Source: Verrucomicrobiales bacterium (lineage in GTDB: Bacteria; Verrucomicrobiota; Verrucomicrobiia; Verrucomicrobiales; V1-33). From it: DNA of 64,000 bases. The stretch spans positions 9,419-73,418 of the forward strand of contig JANOAV010000105.1 in the NCBI GenBank assembly GCA_031411295.1, written 5' to 3'. The notes under the pieces were generated by a model, which was not told the DNA's origin, made no database searches, and saw only the letters and a list, made by a program, of their open reading frames with translations. The position numbers and the translations under genes are program-made. Each line of letters starts with the position of its first letter. Within the stretch, counting starts at the first letter, position 1. Positions 60,501 to 64,000 of this stretch are shown here, one piece after another.

Positions 60501-63347
60501 ACCAGTGGAACGATCATAACGCCCGTAATAGTATCTACGAAATTCTCTCGTAATAAGTGGATCATTCCCATTTTGAGCTTCATAATAGTTGTAGTTCTGC
60601 CTCATGATAGCATGAACAACAGTATCCCCCTCCCAATCCAAAGCTACTGGAGTGTAATTATTAGTTCTTCCCCACGCCCCAACGGGCCAAATCGGATCGT
60701 GTAATGCGAACATAGGAATGGCCTGATGAAATGGGGCGGGAAGGTCTGGAGGCGAAACGATTACCAATCCGTCTGTTTGGTCGGAAACCTGCGCCCCATA
60801 GAGTCCAGTAATCTCGCCCCGGACATAGACGGTGAAGAATCCTGCGATGGATGCAGCCTCAATCTGTGAAGGCAGAGAAACTGTTGCAATGGGCGGAATC
60901 ACTACGCCGTCTGAACCGAGCCAAGGTGAATTTGTAGTAAATATAGGAGAAGTGTTCCATCCATTTGTCAAATTCAGACCCCCGCCCGAAAGTTCAGCTC
61001 TTAGCAGCGTGTAGGTATTTATTCCGTTACTATAAATCACTGAAAACTCAAGCACCGTGAACCCAGGGGCTTTGTTGAGAAATACAGGTATATTCACCAT
61101 ATCCCCAACCCGATACTGACTAAACTCTGTTGCACCCGCCGTGACCGAAAAAGTCCCATTGAAGACGGACCATGCATCCGAGATCGCTTCTTGTGTGGCT
61201 CCTGTGTCATCATAGGCCGTGATACGAAATTGCAGAGTCGAAGTGAGTTGAAAATTTGCTGGAATATTCCATCTAAAGGAATTTTGCGAGTCAACAACCG
61301 TGGGGCCAGTGTGCGTCATTTCGCTCATTAGGGCGGTTGGGCGTGCTCCTCCGGTGTAGTCGTCAAGCAGCATCCAGGGTGAGCTAGGGCTCATGCGATA
61401 ATCAAATTTCATTCGTTCAGTTCTAACGTCATCTGTTACTGATTCAGCAACAGTGAAATAGCCCCCTGGAGTAGTTCCTTTATTGCTAGCACTGCCCCTG
61501 ACTGACCAAGTAATCACAGGCCCACCTTGATTTGCATAGTTGATCGGATAATCCACGGAAGCTTGGGGAGTAGCAATGGCATATTGATTAGACTTGAACC
61601 GAACCAAGTTCGTCCCTGTCTTCAAAATATTGTCATAGACGATGCCGTCATTTCCGGTGACGAGCGAATCTCTGAAATAGACCGTGACATCGGTAGTGGT
61701 GCTTTGCCCCGGATCAAGCGGGGCCACGTAGCCGAAACCTGCGAAGAAAAATGGCTTATCCACTCCATTTTGAACCAAAAATGCGCTCACGTTGTTGGCT
61801 TCTGAACGCTCATTACCGTTATTGGTCACTTGCAGGCGATAGACGAGACGCTCGTTGGCCCGGATGGTGCCGCTCACCAGAGACTGAACACTCAGCGTGT
61901 AGTTTCCCCCAACATTCTCCGTAGTGAAGTTGTAGATAGGAGAAGTCGGCCACGAGCCGCCATAATAATCAAGGAAACGCCCCTCTTCCTGAACAATAGC
62001 TCTCCAGTAGTAGTGGGTATTCGGCTTCAAAATCGACGTTCCCCATTCGCTGGGGTCAAGACGTGACACATTCAGATACGCTTGTTGCCCACCGTGACCA
62101 AAGTAGCGGATGCCACTGGCCATCGTCGGGGATTCGGAAATCTCGAAAGCCGTGTAGAGAGGGTCGCCTTCCGGGTCGGACACGTTGACTTCCAATGCAG
62201 GCAGTTTGGTGATGCCCGTGGCTCCGTTGGGCGGGAAGACAGGATTCGTGGAGGCGAAGACCGGGCCATCCTGCACATTGATGAGCATGGTGCCCACGTT
62301 GCTCCACGGGCCAGTGCCCGCATAGTTCACGCCCCGGACGCGGAAGTAATAGGTGTTGTTATCCAGCAATCCCGTGGCGGTGTAGCTGACGCTCTCATAC
62401 AGATTCAGCCCCGCCGCTGTGTTCCCGACATTGACGAGTGTGGACCCGGTGAAATTCGGGTTATTGGCATATTCCACATCGTAGTGAACCACATTGTCCT
62501 GATACAGGCTGTCATTCACCCGGGGCCAAAACATGGGAACCTGGGTGTTTCCCGTCTGCCAGCCATTGATGTAAAGCGTGGGAGCCAAAGGAATCTCCGT
62601 TGTCTTCGGAGCCGCCGGAGCCGGAGTGTAGCCCACATTAATCGTGGCCCCTTCCTCCACCGCCGCCGCCCCAATCTGCGTCCTCAACCGGAAATACACC
62701 TGCGACACCGCCCCACTCCCCGCCACCGAAACCGTCCGCGACCCCGACCGATTGCTCACCGTCACCGGATCAATCGTGGACACAATATTGTAAGTGCTCC
62801 CATTCGTAGAAGCCAAAATCCAAGCCTTCGTGACCGTGGAGCCGAGGGTGTAGTTGACGGTGAAGTTGGAGGCAGCAAAGTTGTAGGAAGAAGTAAATTG
62901 GCCGGGTGTAGGAGTGTCGTAGCCTCCCGGCAATGAACCACCCGACGGATTGACCGTGACATTGATAAGATACTCCACCGATTTTCCTCCTCGGCTTCCA
63001 ATCCAAATATAAATACTATCGGTAGTGACAGAGGTGACGATTGGCGCGACATAGCGCACATGATTTAGATCAACCGTAAGGGCTTGCATTTGTCCTAGTT
63101 GGCAGGACCAGAAATATCGAAGTGGGTTTCCGTCGGAAGCGTTCACTGCACCCGGGCCAATGTTGATAATACCTCCAGAATTAACGGCTTGTGCAATTTG
63201 ATTTCCTGCCGTGGGAGCAGAAGAATTTGTGGTCCCTGAAATATACTCGGCTTTTCTCCCTAGCGTTCCCGCGTCACTGCTGGCAAGGAAGTTTATAAAT
63301 AGGTAAATGATTAAAAAAACAGACTGAGGTAAACGGAATTGTTTCAT
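57564..63347 (-). CDS. Large secreted/surface protein with FN3 repeats, CARDB/Ig-like domains and C-terminal DADNDG..EYAFG domain
   Basis: Signal peptide; FN3 motifs (GLLDNNTYYFRVRGVN..GPWS, LSWAAVPGA..Y.D, LTW..YDIFRS); CARDB-like VTNNGN..LDPGQS. Confidence 0.85.
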   Translation of the reverse strand: MKQFRLPQSVFLIIYLFINFLASSDAGTLGRKAEYISGTTNSSAPTAGNQIAQAVNSGGIINIGPGAVNASDGNPLRYFWSCQLGQMQALTVDLNHVRYVAPIVTSVTTDSIYIWIGSRGGKSVEYLINVTVNPSGGSLPGGYDTPTPGQFTSSYNFAASNFTVNYTLGSTVTKAWILASTNGSTYNIVSTIDPVTVSNRSGSRTVSVAGSGAVSQVYFRLRTQIGAAAVEEGATINVGYTPAPAAPKTTEIPLAPTLYINGWQTGNTQVPMFWPRVNDSLYQDNVVHYDVEYANNPNFTGSTLVNVGNTAAGLNLYESVSYTATGLLDNNTYYFRVRGVNYAGTGPWSNVGTMLINVQDGPVFASTNPVFPPNGATGITKLPALEVNVSDPEGDPLYTAFEISESPTMASGIRYFGHGGQQAYLNVSRLDPSEWGTSILKPNTHYYWRAIVQEEGRFLDYYGGSWPTSPIYNFTTENVGGNYTLSVQSLVSGTIRANERLVYRLQVTNNGNERSEANNVSAFLVQNGVDKPFFFAGFGYVAPLDPGQSTTTDVTVYFRDSLVTGNDGIVYDNILKTGTNLVRFKSNQYAIATPQASVDYPINYANQGGPVITWSVRGSASNKGTTPGGYFTVAESVTDDVRTERMKFDYRMSPSSPWMLLDDYTGGARPTALMSEMTHTGPTVVDSQNSFRWNIPANFQLTSTLQFRITAYDDTGATQEAISDAWSVFNGTFSVTAGATEFSQYRVGDMVNIPVFLNKAPGFTVLEFSVIYSNGINTYTLLRAELSGGGLNLTNGWNTSPIFTTNSPWLGSDGVVIPPIATVSLPSQIEAASIAGFFTVYVRGEITGLYGAQVSDQTDGLVIVSPPDLPAPFHQAIPMFALHDPIWPVGAWGRTNNYTPVALDWEGDTVVHAIMRQNYNYYEAQNGNDPLITREFRRYYYGRYDRSTGGLTEILLPDHDYEDIKVVGATVYAIVRDGTQISFSTLSAGGISAPQALFTLPASPENSDLPEFARLGAELFVASTTADYSNGGESSGWRNRLMRAVPSVLPYMEQPGFYRRHVDYGAYLNTSGGIYTLNASKIVISPLASWENQGYVWFESSNANVVGARYYGNAPGGAAVDLYTPTNTFTRWTTGVFSPRIRVFSDSAILIGQGTNNQVVIRRNLTDGSDLRVSFADGSFAETGKRSAISAGKWVALSSQRLLFVGNMSGDITAPAVSITTTDASFVSGQSKALAWTMSDNLNQLASVKVLKIVGGVTTVIGNYTSGTLPTSLSYTFADTVPSLILRVEAYDQSGNRGVAEKVLTRSSTFALASFTAASYSVPVATAASLSWTATPVDAFRVYNILTRPQGTTAWNTAGSVTGATFLLDTTLLSGTQEVRLESGGVTRDLPQPITITGNRFAFDNAGFAPASGTTGFVAASAPWQVLTWASNQPVSLAVAYTLLGRWDGAGSYVVLGGTGEKSLAVNVGIHTSVEWKVVAQWDGQEFVSSVRSLTLGTVAGGPTPVATAGGQTTVSPWVDLSWAAVPGATGMVVYRKDTRTDAVEELTRVAAGATSYRDAAVAYGDTFSYTLATVLGDVVSLQGAAASATLAPLLPLGITFVNANYQITAGNSNTVQWNAVLPAGVTAVYQDYQVYLRRGDGSIVASQSVTPAAGATAQVAYTGLEYNQSYVVDVFALNPNGSRLGTVPVQLHFSTGFDVRVVGAPLVAAPSKDSYGVNLTWAAGANADYYDIFRSTNGGALAWVGRSFAVGFADGSAPIGASVRYVVRSRNDNGYADSAQTAALTVGTGFQLYAQGAGLSGNNALAEADADNDGVGNLLEYAFGTLANSAASKYRPTVAPASAGGVEFTFTRLSARTDVVYDVEYSPDMQSWTTGASSSSGGVTTSLGGAVQAVTETGSGTVSVKIRLAAEVGGKVIFVRLRVSAL

Positions 63348-63367
63348 AGTATGGCGATTTGGTGTTT

Positions 63368-63863
63368 CTACAGACTGCGGCGGGCGGTTGGCGTGCCCAA
63401 GTAGTGAAGGATGTTAATGAGGAATTTTGCAAAAACGGCGCGTCTGGCGGGAACCGAATAGCCTTGATCGTGGACTGTGCCTTCGCCTGTATCGAATTCT
63501 AGATCAAGAACCCCTGACTCTTCTTGCCATCGGAGACCTGTCTTGCGGGTCAGTGACGGCGAGAGGTTGTAGAATTGAGAAAATGTGTAGTCCGTTGCAG
63601 CTGGGCGTTCAAACTTGGCAGCGCGCAATTTCCCACGCCAGTAAGAATACGTGCTCACAGCGCTCGTATTACCACCATCCCCACCTAGTTGAAATACTCT
63701 ATATCCAAAAAGCACCATTTCGCCTAGGCTAGCGTTCTCATTGACCCGGAAGATAGGGTTGGCGGTTGGATCATGCGCCACCAGCCCGTTATAGGCAAAC
63801 AGACGCACATTTTGCCAATGTGATGAGGCGTGGGCATCGGTATCCCCTAAAAATGTATCGTAA
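63368..63863 (-). pseudogene. Probable 3' remnant of a gene interrupted by the IS5 element (weakly LamG-like tail)
   Basis: The first ~11 codons of ORF 63368-63895 fall inside the putative IS end; LDLEFDTGEGTVHD resembles LamG-flanking motifs. Confidence 0.5.
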
Positions 63864-64000
63864 GAACCTGTCCGGCAAATAAACTTAACAGCCATAATGG
63901 GATTACTTAGTGAGGCGTCTGACGGCGAAGCCGATCATGGCGAGATAGACAAAGGCTTCGTGGTGACTGGGTTTGCGCTCGTGGTCGCGCACGAGGCGGC
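63864..64000 (-). mobile_element. IS5-family element, right end; transposase C-terminus at 63903-64000, partial
   Basis: Manual translation RLVRDHERKPSHHEAFVYLAMIGFAVRRLTK* matches the IS5 RLxxDYE..A..YLAM..RRL tail. Putative terminal IR GAACCTGTCCGG lies next to a TAA (TNA-type target). Confidence 0.8.

Overview
Bacterial chromosomal window (roughly 55-60% GC by eye). Its gene content points to Verrucomicrobia: a MurC-MurB fusion, a PVC-type heme c protein, CotH/LamG giant secreted proteins and an FPTTQW-type ECF sigma factor. Left to right it holds a partial murC-murB fusion, a 2922-aa secreted LamG/discoidin/PA14/LTD/CotH protein, a MoxR-ABC-DUF58 operon, and housekeeping genes (yhaM-like, def, ECF sigma, NUDIX, lysC). 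A DUF1080-heme c protein and several envelope or secreted proteins follow. The centrepiece is an ~18-kb minus-strand biosynthetic operon: NRPS (FkbH-ACP-C-A[Thr]-T-E-C*-T), hybrid PKS-NRPS (KS-AT-ACP-aminotransferase-C-A[Thr]-T-TE) and a translationally coupled membrane-anchored trypsin-like protease. The right end is a plastic region with two toxin-antitoxin pairs, REP-like palindromes, an orphan copy of a C-terminal domain, a compositionally mosaic 1927-aa surface protein, and a gene apparently interrupted by an IS5-family element. Most notable are the glycerate-primed, amine-installing assembly line with a degenerate C domain and coupled protease, and a C-terminal domain shared by three unrelated secreted proteins that may be a sorting signal. 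No rRNA, tRNA or CRISPR array was seen. All calls come from motif reading, with no database searches.
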